Assembly (NCBI GenBank): GCA_010909165.1
Contig: VJWM01000106.1
Coordinates: 124,001 to 188,000 of the forward strand
DNA from: Anthoceros angustus
Taxonomy: Eukaryota; Plantae; Anthocerotophyta
Reading direction: 5' to 3'
Length of the DNA stretch: 64,000 bases
Part shown: piece by piece, positions 25,069 to 36,992 of the stretch
Position numbering within the stretch: the first letter of the stretch is position 1
Layout of the letters: the number at the start of each line of letters is the position of its first letter
Notes under the pieces: generated by a model
The model's database searches: none
The model's input: the letters and a program-made list of their open reading frames with translations, nothing else
Told to the model about the DNA's origin: nothing
Program-made: the position numbers and the translations under genes

Positions 25069-26668
25069 CGGGAGGTGGAGCAACAAGCGGCAACAGCTCA
25101 CCTCCCGAGCATCTATGGCTAAGGGAGTACGGTGCCCGCACACGTGGAAGAGGCAATCCAAAGAAGTGGATTCGGACTTTGCCTATTACCACACCGAGCT
25201 CCCTGGGTGAGGCCTCCGCTCACGCCAATAGACGGGCCCCGGAAGGCCTTGAGGGGAAGAAGGGCACGAGATGAAGACAGGACCCTAGGGGCCCTGCTTG
25301 GAGACGACGGCACAAGGAGGGAGCCCCAAGAGGAGCGGGACGCAATGACCCCAAGGTAAGTTCACCACCACCCGATCCGGCCAGGGGGTGAGGGCCGCAG
25401 GGGTGCAACCGGGGAGCCAACCCAACCAAGACAAGGGTCGGGGGTAAGGAGGAGGACCTAGCAAGACGAGGTCCACAGGTGAAGGGGTCCGAGTTTGAGA
25501 TCGGACTGAATAAGTACGGACCCCGAGGTCCGAACCCGAGACGAGGCCGACCCACCGGCCTGACTGGAAATAAACCGACCTTGGAGTTCAGTGCCCGAGT
25601 CGAGACCGACCTCGAGGTCCGACTCGCAAGAAGGAGGAGTCCCCTTCGACTTACGGGAGCGATAAGTGGCCCCACCGAGGGGACCCACGGAAGGCTGTGG
25701 GAGGATGACGTTGTGGGTAACGGGCGGCGCGCCGCCGCCGTGAGCCAACCCGATGTGATTCCGGGAAAGGAGGGGTCTACCGCGGATCATCCGATTGGGT
25801 GCGCCTGCTGTATGGAGATTGGACCACCAATCCCAAGGCGGAACTCGACCTTCCCAGCCCCACCGCCGCGAAGGAGATAGGAGGAGGAAATAGGATGGTA
25901 GGCGGCCGATTAGGCATACCGGCCACCGTAATAGGGGTGTAATAAAGACGACCCAGGCGTAGTATAAGAGGGTCTGCCCCTCAATAAATCATCTTTTCCT
26001 TGGTGTTGATGCTGCTCTGCGCACTTGTGTGTCTTCCCGATAACGTGAGTCCCGAGTCACCGAGCAACGGCACGACCGGGAGGGATCGATCGTGGTCCCG
26101 TGACGGACCTAACGGTGTGTGCAGTGAGGTGATCGGACCCGTGCTCGCCCAGAGCCGCGCCACCGAACGGACCGGAACGTGAGCCGGAGGGACTGAGGGC
26201 GGCGCCGGACGGAGAGGCCCGTGGAACGACGAGGAGGTCCGGACTGTAACCCGGCCTTCCTTAAGACCGATAAGGTGTGAGAGGAGTGGACGAGAGGTGA
26301 GAGATTAACGGAACGAACGGACGCGAACGGTCCTTAAACGCTTGGCCATACCGCCTGCGGCGTGTTTGTCGCAGTAGTTAGACGTGAACTAAGGTGTGTG
26401 CGTTAGGACCGAGTGGACGAAGTAAGACAAAAATCGCCGAAACGAACGGAAACCGCTTCCTTTGGGAACGAACTCCTTCCTACAACGACATTTGATTGTG
26501 GCGCCCGGTGGCGGTAATCAGTGATCGCGCCACACCCGCTTTGCAAAGTCTTGGATGAAACGCCTATAGTAATCTCCACCACCATGCCAGGGAATCCCGT
26601 AACTCCTTCAAGTTCGGTGAGGCAGTGGGCAGTGAATGACTTTCACCTTGTCTTGATCCACCTCTATC
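25069..26668. repeat. Diverged tandem duplicate of ~23512-25068 (3' 1.45 kb of LTR-X plus ~120 bp of host RT)
   Basis: Second CCACA|CCCGC junction at 26530-26539 followed by the same RT sequence as 24951-25068. Confidence 0.85.
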
Positions 26669-26990
26669 CCTCCTAGCACACGGTGTCCCAACAAGATTCC
26701 CTCTGTCCATCATGCGATAGCATTTCTCGGATGCGGGCCGCAGGTTGAGTCTCCTTACAACAGCGTTCCAAGCACTTCCGCATGTCCAAGCGTGTTTGTC
26801 CTCTTCTCCGTGCAGTGCAGTGGGTCAAGAACACCTCCATGCCAGTCCCTTAGAAAATCCGAGGAGGGAGGCGTTGGTCACCATCCGGCATAAATGATGG
26901 GTGCTCCACATCATCGAGAGAGCGCCGTTTGTAAAAGCGTTCCCCCACTCGTGGTGAATGTTGTCTTATCGATCCAAGCAAACTCCGACT
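26540..26990 (-). pseudogene. Gypsy RT core (element Y)
   Basis: DKTTFTT..., MEVFL(DD), LLGHRV..GIEVDQDKVKVI, YYRRFIQDFAKR, across frameshifts. Confidence 0.85.
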
Positions 26991-26991
26991 T

Positions 26992-27795
26992 AAGTGTACC
27001 GGTTTATGTGGCACATTTTGGCACATGTCACCGCACACCTCAACCTTTCCTTCGGGCCTCCACCCACTCTCGGTACTTCTCGCATTGAGGCTTTTGTCGC
27101 ACCCTGCACGACGGTATTATTATTATTGTTGCCTTGGTGCGCCTTTGACCTTGTTATACGAGCGTTCTGGCGTAGGTGAATTTCTCCATGAGGCATTCCC
27201 TTGTGTGTTCCAGTGGGAGTGATCCTTCCCTTGTAGCTTTTGAGCATTCGCGGCATGCTGGTGCCCTTTGACGAGATTATGTTCTTCCCAATATGCACTA
27301 GTCACAACATCTCCTTTCATGACCCTTTCCGCCATTTTATAAGCCTGTTCCAACTCATAGTCTGCACCATGCAACATGTGGAGAAAGTTAGCAATCACCC
27401 TTCTCTGCCTACCCGGGAGGGCGGCTATGTAGATCTGTGCGGCTTCCCACATCGTCTTCACTCGTGTATCCTTCACCAACTGCCTTAATCTCAGGTAGGC
27501 CGACCTAAGGGGCTCATTGTGCTTGAAGGTAAATCTCGACAGCTCCTGGATCTTTCCTATGGAAGATACTAGAAACATCTCTGCGAACCTGTTGAACATT
27601 TCATCCACCAGGTATGTGATGGCAGCCGCTTGCGTTGAACTGGACGATGTCCCCTCTTCGTCTCCTTTCAAAGCCTTTCTGGCTCTGTCTGCCCGTGCTA
27701 AGGATCGGGCATCTTGCAGAATCTGATCCTTGCAATCACGGTAGCATGTAAGAGCTTCTCATGCCAAGAATGTGCTCATTTTCATCAACACCATC
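26992..27795 (-). pseudogene. C-terminal gag of element Z with first half of zinc knuckle
   Basis: MVLMKMSTFLA*EALTCY...EMFNRFAEMF...KIQELSRFTFKHNEPLRSAYLRLRQL (retrotransposon-gag-like), in frame with 10279-10591. Ends in a C..C.H cluster. Confidence 0.75.
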
Positions 27796-30700
27796 TGTGG
27801 ACCATGGACTCTCCCCTGGGGTAGGAGATGAGTTAGGTTTTGTTTTTTTTCGTAGGCGCGGAGTGGAAAATAAGGCGGAAAGGAAGAAATAAGTCCGAGT
27901 ACTCAGGGCGCACTCGGGAGTAGGTCGAGGGACTCGGCGCTCAGTCTGGGGTCGTCTGGCCCCACTCCCGGGCGTGACAGGATAAATCGCCAAGTAAAAT
28001 TAACTTAGGAGTCGGGCGTGTTTAGACCCGGGCATGTACGTGGGCCACGTTGTGGCCGAGACTTGTGGTCGCAGAGATCAGTTTTAGCCGGTAGCGCCGC
28101 ACAATCCCGTGTCGTTATCATAGTTGTAGTGAGAGGTTCCTTCCCAAGAGAATGATAGGCTCCGTTGGCACACGTTTCAATCGTTCTCACCTCACGGTTG
28201 CCGTTTCGGACTCAACACACATTCATCGTTTTTACTACTAACAACGCACGGCGTTCACCGAGTGCCCGGCGTGGCCAAACGCTGCTGAACCTGGCGTCCA
28301 GATATCATTCAAGTTTGTCACTGGCCTCCAAGTCCTCCTCCGCCATTCACACTTCACTCATTATCCTTGGGAGAAATCGCGCGGTACATGCGGTCCGACT
28401 CCTCCGCCTGCCTCCGTCAGTGCCTACACGCCCTTCCGGGGTTCCTCCGGGTTTTCACGCGTTCAGGCCCGTCCGACACACTGGAGCAGCAGTAAGTCCT
28501 GCCTCGCACACACACCACACGCAGGGGTTCGTCACCAGGACCTTGATCCGGTCTCTCTCGAGGCCTTCGCCAAGGCCTGTGACTCACGCCAGGGCGCACA
28601 AGGGCCTGCAAGAAGACGTGGCATCAACACCAAGAGAAGATACTTACTAGAGCCGCCTCGGCCCTCTTATACTACGCCCAAGGCCTTGCTAGACCCCTCC
28701 CAGCCGATGGCTGACTGCATCGGCCGCCCACTATTTCCCTTATTCCACCCATTCACGCCGGCTGCAATGGGTTGACCCGACCCGCCTTTTACCGGGCGGC
28801 CAAGCCCAGCCCCTCGGCTAACTGCACAAGACCCCAATCGATGATCCGGGTAGGCGGCCCCTACCTCTCCTAGACTGGCCAGTCACAGTGAGCGCCCGAC
28901 AACGGCGGTCTCACTAAATCCTCCTCCCATCCTCTCTTATCTCATGGCGGCCCTTGTGGGCCTCCAAGAGATGGTTCCGCATTTGGTGATTGGTGGCTCC
29001 CTCCCGCTCCACACAGTCGGAGGGGTCCGATCTCGACTCGAGTCCGGACCTCTGGTCGGTCTTCTCTCGGTCCGGACCTCGGGGTCCGGTCTTCTTTCTG
29101 GAGTCCGGACCTCAGGGTCCGGACTCGCCTCTGGTCGGTCTTCTGGGCCCGGCCTCCCAGCGCCGGACCTCGGTCGGTCTCGTCACTAGAGTCTGGACCT
29201 CGAGTCAGACTTTCTTGAGGCGGACCGGGTCCGCCTTCTTCAGTCCGGACAAAGTCCGGACTCATGACACTGGGTTCGCCCCTCAGGCTTATCAAGGCTC
29301 CTGAGCCCTCCCGTGGTTCCGGTTTCTGGATGTGCCCTTCTCGGCCTCCCGGGGCCCTCCTCCCTTCCTTCCAGGCGAGGTGCAGTGCTTACCTCCGGCA
29401 TGACCTTCCCGGCCCCGCCCTCCACTGCCCTCGCCGCCTTGCCGCCACTGGCCCTAAGGTCCCTGGCTGCCCCTCGGACCTTCCTCCTCGCTCCTCCTTC
29501 CGACCCATCTGGAAGTCCGCCCACCGCCAGGGTGGCGCAAGACCTCTAGAGTCTTGAGGAGCCTGCTGGTAGTAGGTAAAAGTCGAATCGACTTAATTGC
29601 CTCTCCACATGGGCCGGAGCACCTACTCCTCCATAGGTGCTCCGCACCGGGCGTGTTGTCCGCCCATCGCCTCCTGCCGCCAGCTTGCCAACCGTAGCCG
29701 GGCAGACTTTGATGCCGCCAAGGCGGCCTCCGACACCTCCCGCAGCCTTTGCCGCCGACGTGCTCCTCCTCCTTCGCTGCAAGCTCCACCCGCTTGCCGG
29801 CCATGGAGCCGAGCTCCCCTCGCCTCCCACAATCGGACAAGGCCTCTGCCTCCTCTAGCCTCATCCCTCCGCTCATCCTTACAGGTCGCCCACTTCCTTC
29901 TCAGGCGGGCGGTATCTCCGCCCGCTCAGCTTCCTCCGGCTCCTTCTTGACGTGGCGTCCAACTCCTTGGGCCGCCTATTCTCCTCCGTCTTCAAGCAGG
30001 AAGGCTGACTCTATCTCCTTTCGAAGTCTTGGATTCTCCGTTGAGAATCCCGTGTTCCGGCCGCGTCTTGGGTTGCGGCTCGAGGTGTCCTTCTTCCGGC
30101 CTTCCAACTCCGCCGCTCCTGCGCCGCGGCACCACAGGTCCCCTATTTGGGTCTTGGCCTCCATTCCTCCACGTGCTTGCCACTCCACATTGCCACTGTT
30201 CGGCCTTGAGGTTGGCAGCGGCTACCCGCCGTCTCCCTCCACGGTTCCGATCACGTCGGTAGTGATCGATCGACCTTCGACTTCCGCCTTCCGCCTCGCC
30301 TTCTTCACACGCCCGGCTTGGTGTTGGTCTGGCCGATGCGCCTCGGCCGTCGGGCGTTCTCGCGCCTCGACCCTCCTCGCCTCCTTCTGCGCTTCCTCCT
30401 CCCGTTTGCGGAGGTCTTGAACCCCGTGCTTGGGCCTCTGCCTTGAGGTGTCGCCGGTGAGAGGGTCTTAGTCGGTCTTGGAACCATCCGGACCTCCCGC
30501 TCCGCCTCAGGCGTTTTCCCTCCTCGATTCAGGCGAGGGACTCCATATCTTCTTCGCCTGAGCCGCCTCTACACCCTTGAGTTCCACCATCCTCATGGGT
30601 GGCCTCCACTTCTTGGGTCTTCTCCCATTGCATGAGACCCCAAAGCCGTCCATGACGGTAGCTAGAACTCGCGTTCTTCCACGGCTTGTTGAGAGATGCC

Positions 30701-33590
30701 GGGAAGTCCGGCTGGTGGCAGGCGCGGGCATCTCTGATCATCAGGACCGCCATCTGCCAGTCCCAGGCCGAGTCCGGATGGGCTCTCGGACCTAATCAGG
30801 GACCCTTACAGTCACGAGTCAGGGCCTCTGCCAGCCCTCTTGGCGCTAACTCCTTCTCGCCCTTTCCCTCACAGGGCTCGGAGGTGGTGAAGGGTCGGGG
30901 CCTGCCCTCCCGGTCGGGGCAGGGCGAGCTCGGTGGGGGCTGCGCGATGGCCTCCACTCCCTTGGGCGTCCCTTTCGCCCCCTTTATCTTGCCTCTCCTC
31001 ACCTTGCCACTGCTCCGTTGCGAGAGGCAAAACGCAGGCGGCACAGGTGCTGCGTTGGTTGGCGCCGTCTTCGCCTCTTGGTTCCGGCAGGTCGGTCGGG
31101 GTCGGTTGTTGTTGTTGGCGCTTTCACTTGGGCGCCAACTCGATCCAGTGGCACGCCTCTTCCTGCGCCATTTGCTCGGTGGGGGCACGGGGAGGAGAGG
31201 CGAGGATGTCCTCCACACTTCCCTAGGTGGCGAGGTCCGCTCAGACGTATGGGTGAATTCCCTCGGTCGTCCTCCTCCGGACCCTCTTACTCGGGATGGC
31301 GCTTCCTCACTCTCCTTACGCCTCCCGGTGGGCGGCGGCCCTTTCCGAGTGCTCGTTCCTCCTCACCCTCCTTGAGGTTCGCGTGCCCCCCACATGGATC
31401 AAAAGCGCGATAGCAGCGGAGGTGGCTTCTCGCACCTCGGCTTTGCGAGCTTCACGGTTGACCGGCGAAGATTATTACCTCCCGGATCGTAGCGTTTCCC
31501 CTTCGGAGTCGTGGAGGAACACTGGTTGTCTCAAGGTGGTCCACCTTGGTCAGCATGTTCGATGGGCGATAATCTTGCCCAGCGATCGTACCCTCACATC
31601 GAAAGGTCGGCCTTGACCACCGTTGGTTCGGATCTGCGTCCACAGCAAAGGGCCGCCTTGGCACCTTCCACCTTCCCCTTCACCTTGAGGTTCGTACTCC
31701 TCCTGCCCCGCCATTTGGTGTTAAGCCGCCTCGGACCTCCCACAGTCCACCTCCTAGGGTCCTCCCTTAAGTTCTTGGATCGGACCTCCTTGTTGGCCGC
31801 CAACATCTTGAAGCGTACTCGGACTAGGGTGTGGCAGCCGAAGAGGTCAGACGGCACGGAAAATGTCCAGTGCCATTCCTCCACCGGCTCCTCACGCGCC
31901 TCCTCCGACCACGGGCGGTCGGGTAGCGCGCAAGTGACAATGTTGCGCTCCACCAGCGCCGCATGGCTCCACACCTGCGCTTTCTTGGGTCCCATCCCCA
32001 CCTCCTTCCATTTGTTCTGGCGGCGTGAGGCTCACAATCTCGCTCCTCGGCCCCGGCGTCGGTTACTTCCCTCGCCAAGTCGAGCTGCGGAAGGGAAGGC
32101 GATCGACAAGCACGAGGCAGAGTGTCTAAGCGCGAGAAGTCTGTCGCCGCACAGTTGTTTGGAAGAATGACCGCCTCGCTTCTCTCCGTGAAATGGCCGT
32201 CGCGGAGGCTCTTCGCTATCATGGCCATCGGGGGGCACACATAGCTTCTCTGCGGCTTACTCACGGCCTTCGCCTTCTTTGCCCTTTGTGCAGGCGTGAA
32301 TACACGCCTGCTTGACCCTTTGGCAGCCCCTCACAGTCTGATGCATGCCCGTCTACCACTCGATCTGATCCACGTGGCGCCGCTTCTGTCACAAATCACG
32401 CTCCAACTTCTAAGTTACTTTACTTGATGCTTATCCGTTTTGACCGGGAGTGGGGTCCGGACTTATCCGTACTCGGTCGTGGTCGGAGGTCCTCGGAGTG
32501 GGCTCAGTCCAGTTCACCTACCCAGGTCCGGTGCGATCCAGTCAGTCCGAGATCGTCCGTTCTTATTTCTCCCTTTCCGCCTTATTTTGCACTCCATACC
32601 TACGAAAAAAAACAAACCCGGCTTGTTTATAACCTTCAAGAAGGAGGCATTGTCTAACAATGGTCCTGTGGTGTAGAGGCGGGGCCAGGCATCTGACCAG
32701 AACCGGAGACCCGTGGGGTTCCGATGCGGCAGATTATAGGTAGGTATTCACGCTCCGGGTCTGGGTCTTGGTGACGTAAAAGGCTAAGTCTGTGGCGGCG
32801 TAAAAGGCGAGTAATAGCGAAGCGTAAAAGGCGTGCGAAGGTAATGGCAATGCAGGAACCTACGGCGATTCTACCCCGGGCAGCGAGACATCCTCCCGCC
32901 CAGTGGCTACTCTCGACGTCGCGGGCCGGAGGGAAGGTCATTCTTCTTCGTGACCTCGCGACGGTTCGCGATCTCGCTCGGCGGCTATCCGCGCTACCCA
33001 CAGGCCGGCAGAACTCGCCTTGGCTCCACCGCCGTGGTTGGGCGGCCAGCAGCGGTGTGGAAGAAGCGGTAGAATGTCGTGGCACAATTTCCAACGTGAC
33101 GAGAAAGCCAGTGATGGGACCAGAAAAGCGTGGCGGAGATGTATGAACCTTGGCGTGGCTTAAGTGGAGCTGGCTGTCGTCGCTAGCGATACCCGACCGG
33201 GCCCTAGGTTTGGAGGAAGTGGAGGGAGCTCGAGTGGAAGCGGTAGCGCTTGACATCTTGTTGTAGCGGTTTGAGGCCGTTTAGCAGTCGCTTCGTCGCA
33301 GAATCACATGAGAAGATCTTGGCGTGATTGCTATACAGGATTCGCTCGGGAAAGAGCTTGAGGGGAGGATCCCACGGGAGGTGGGTGAGTGGAGGGTCCT
33401 CGTGAGGCGATTTTACAATAGCGCGGTGGAAAAATTAGTGGTCCGGGAGCCTAGGGTGAGGAGGAAAGGTGGAGGCGGGCGAGGAGGCAATCTTTGGTAG
33501 GGGCCAGCGGCGGCCTTGGCCAGTCGTCAGCAGTGGTGATGCATCGGTTTCTGTGGATAGGCGGGTGGTGATGTGGAGTCGTTTATCTCA
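27796..33590 (+). mobile_element. LTR-X copy A, 5' portion (27796-28050 and ~32660-33590), interrupted by copy C
   Basis: CCATC|TGTGGACCATGGACT start matches 20493. Homology to 20493-20765 stops at 28050 and resumes after 32660. Confidence 0.8.
28051..32659 (-). mobile_element. LTR-X copy C (~4.6 kb) nested in reverse within copy A
   Basis: TGTGGCCGAGACTT at 28051 and the reverse-complemented 5' terminal block at 32560-32659. Minus-strand ORF pieces (NMLTKVDHLE, EPVEEWHWTF). TSD not clean (CACGT vs ATGGT). Confidence 0.8.
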
Positions 33591-33960
33591 CTACATGTCT
33601 ATCCAAGCAAAGCATTGATTGCTCAATACAAAATCTTTTTTCAAGTAGCAGCCAAACCAACTTAAGTAAAATATTAAAAAAAAATTGAATATCTCAAGGT
33701 AATCGTGCTTAGTATAAATTCTTTTTCTATTACTGCTAAACTAACAAAAAGAAAATTTTTAGTAAAATATGTGAAGTCTACATCTTGTCTACCAAGCATC
33801 TTATTGCTAATTCAAAAATCCTTTTTCGTGTAGGTTTAGTTGTCAAATCAACTTAATATGACATTTTTAAAAAACAAGAAATTGAACATCTTAAGTCAAT
33901 CTTGCTCATTCAAAAATCCTTTTTCTATTGCTGCCAATCCAACTTAATATGAAAGTTGTA
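33591..33960. repeat. AT-rich imperfect tandem repeats
   Basis: Recurring blocks: ccaagca...ttgct(c/a)a(a/t)tcaaaaatcctttttc, caacttaa and aaattgaa.atct. Confidence 0.7.
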
Positions 33961-34849
33961 TCTTCCTTACGGTTTTCTATACGTTCACACTTTTCAACTC
34001 CCACTTTCCTCTTCCCAAGCTTAACTTGAAGTTCTTTCTTTGAATGCTCCAATTTTTCTGTCTCAATTATATGTTGATCTCCTTATGAAACATGTAAACA
34101 CTAATAGCAAATTAACATTTTAAAATTGCTCTAAGAGCATGAACTTACCCACAAGTAATCAATAGCTTACATTCAGCCCTTTTTATGGTGGCATCTCTAT
34201 AAGCCATAGCAAAGGCACCTAGAAGCACCTACCCCAGGACCATAATGCAACCATGCAGGCTAAAATATGCATGGGCTTGGGTGACATAGATAAGTTTGAT
34301 GTATGTTGCTCAGGGAAATATCATCATCAAGTGAAGCATGGAGCGGCCCACTAGCTAATCTACCCAAGCCCTGCTCATACTCAAAAAGTGGCTCCACATC
34401 AAACCATGCCACAATCCTCTCAAAGTCATCCTTTGTCAAATAAGCTTTCTTGGAAATCATACATGAACAAGATTTCCTCTTATAACCGTTACTGGTACTA
34501 GCAAGTTGAAAAGGTGCAGGGATTGGAGACAGGGCTTGGAATCATTTTCATATTGAAGATGGCACAAAACCTTATGGTGACCGGAATGTCAAATGCAAGT
34601 CTTAAAGTATTCACTCAAGCAAAAAAAAATGGTATTCAAGTGTTCACTAGTACTCCCTCAAGAAAATATGCTCCCTCTTGTGTGCGGTCCCTCCTTCCTA
34701 TTTAAAATGTTTGCACCATGTAGAATTCACTAGGTTACTTTGGCTTAAAAGAACATATATTTTATTTATCTTTTATGACTAAGAATTATTTTAAATACAA
34801 TCGTGTTTAATTTTATCTACCCAAAACCATGAATCGCTTAATAGCTGCA

Positions 34850-36554
34850 GACTCCCTATAGCGCTTGCCTCCACGAGATGCATGAATTCTCGGTATATCT
34901 CGGGACCCCATTTCTTTACGCTCCCCTAGGGCGCCTCGCGCAGAACTCCTGAGGAAGGAGCCTAGACTTTGTTCCTTTTTCTTCCCCAGTGATGTCTCCG
35001 TCGCTCTAGAGGTGGGAATTCATGTCACCAGGAGGTTGCCTCTTGGTTCCGCGGTTTCGGACTGAGAACTGGCGAGCTCTTCAGGAAGAGGGGGACTGAC
35101 GAGCTCTTCAGGAAAAGGGGGTCGATCGACATTGGAGTCAGCTAAGCTTGATCAGGTTTGTTAAGACCTTGTGAAGGCGCGTCTCAAAAGGTGCCTCCTC
35201 TTGGTCGCCGAAACATGCTATAGGCTGCCAGGGCCCTTGTGGGCCGGTGGCTCCGGCGTCCGAGGAGACTATTGCTGCTCTTCAGGCCCTTCACCCAGCT
35301 CCAGATGTCCCCATCCTACCAGATATCTTGGAGTTTATGGCTAAGGCCCTTACATTTTGAGACAGTGGTTTTGGTCGCCCTAACTCACAGCCAGCAGCTT
35401 TCTTAATTGGTCATCACACAGTCTATGATCACCTTCTCTCATAAGGATCCCTCTAGTGGTTTTTTAGAGCTCTTTATCTTGGCGGCGGCAGTGGCGCGGG
35501 GGAAAACCCCCAATCGGATTTCATAGGTGTTGGGGACCAGCAGGCTTTTGGTTATGGAGAAGCCCACTTGGGAGGTGCGCCCGATCGCCGTGGAAGAGGT
35601 GTTCCTACGTCTTATTAGATGCAGAATTGTCTCCAGCTCAGGGAGTAATTCCGAGCTCATCTTAGCCCCCATCAATTTAGCATCGCCGCCCCAATGAGTT
35701 TTGGAGTCGAGGTGGTTCTTTAGCTACATCCGAATTGGGTTGCCCTTCAGGTCGATGATGAGAACGCTTTCAACATTGTATCCAGGGCGGCCATCTTCCA
35801 AGAGCTTAAAGACGCAATCGTGCAACTGGCAAGTCTTAATCCTTTTGTTTGCTCTTTCTATGGTTACACGCCTAACCTATATTATCAGCACGGCCCTTCG
35901 ATGGAGGGGGTCTCCGTGCTTAACTCCACAACGGGAACCAGGTAGGGGGATCCCTTGGGGGGAGCTCTCTTTGCTATGGCGCATTTCATGTCAATGACTA
36001 CCTCCTCGGTGTGGGAGTGCCTCTTTCCATCGGTGGCCGATGACACCCACATCCTTGGGCTAGTGGACGAAGTCAAAGATGCTTCGACCTGGAGGAAAAC
36101 CCTGCTCCTTGGCAACTCAGCATCTTGAAGTATAAGGTTTGGTCCCCTTTTCAGAATTTTCGGCCCCTCTTCATTATCTCTGGGTGGGAGGCGGGGGCAA
36201 GGGGCGGGGTGGAGGGAGGTGTGTATTGTTTCTCCATGAGGTCAAAGACTGCGGGTCCTTGGGTCGATTGGGCCCGGAAGGCTTTATCACAGGGAATTTA
36301 TGGATGAATTTATAGTTAAGACACAGTCTATCAGGATGATCCTAGCCCCTCACATTTTACTTGAGTATGATTTAGAGCTTTACGGATGGATATATACTGT
36401 CTACATCTTTGCCCTCCTATGGGTCTTTTAGATGAGACCTATACGCTCGTATGTCATGACCCGTGAGGGTTATAGAGAGGACAAGACACTTTTTAGAATA
36501 AAAGATCTCGCAAACCTCTAGGTTGGGCGACCCATGAGACCCTTTTCGACATCC
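34850..36554 (+). mobile_element. CRE-clade non-LTR retrotransposon, RT half (degenerate; 5' boundary approximate)
   Basis: EVRPIAVEEVFLRLI, HLSPHQF, ALQVD..NAFN..SR, TGTRxGDPLGGALF, FPSVADDTHILG. Confidence 0.8.
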
Positions 36555-36992
36555 AACACGATAGAAGTTGCGGGGGTTAATATACAAAACCCCCCTTAGA
36601 GAGAGGTTGAAGACTTCCCTCTTGTCCCAGATTGGCGCACCGGCGAATATCCCTATTTGAGGAGGGACATAGCGAACATGACCATAGAACGCGTGCGCAT
36701 CTTGTCGTATGTGACAGGCAGGCCTTGGCAGGTGACCCGGTCATGGAAGGATTTTAGGGTCGCGTACCACGCTTTTATTCTCGATTTTGTAAACGCTATG
36801 GATAGTGAAACGACTATGGCACAAAACTGTCCAACCGAGTAAAAGCATGCAGCATAGTAGCGTAGCTTCGCTACTTGTGCTCACTGAAAACAACAAACTA
36901 CTCTCCGCCGAGCGAAGAGGAAACTCCTGTGTCGGCTAATCTAACACTACAAAGAACGTTACGCAGTATTCCTAGTATCCTCCGAACGATAT

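Noticed and set aside
27796-32659. DNA transposon with ~250-bp TIRs
   Set aside because: The apparent TIRs are the 5' ends of two LTR-X copies nested in opposite orientation. The outer copy resumes after 32660.
10759-33256. Numerous short Arg/Pro/Gly-rich ORFs
   Set aside because: By-products of high GC and frameshifts in LTR-X and gypsy sequence, not independent genes.
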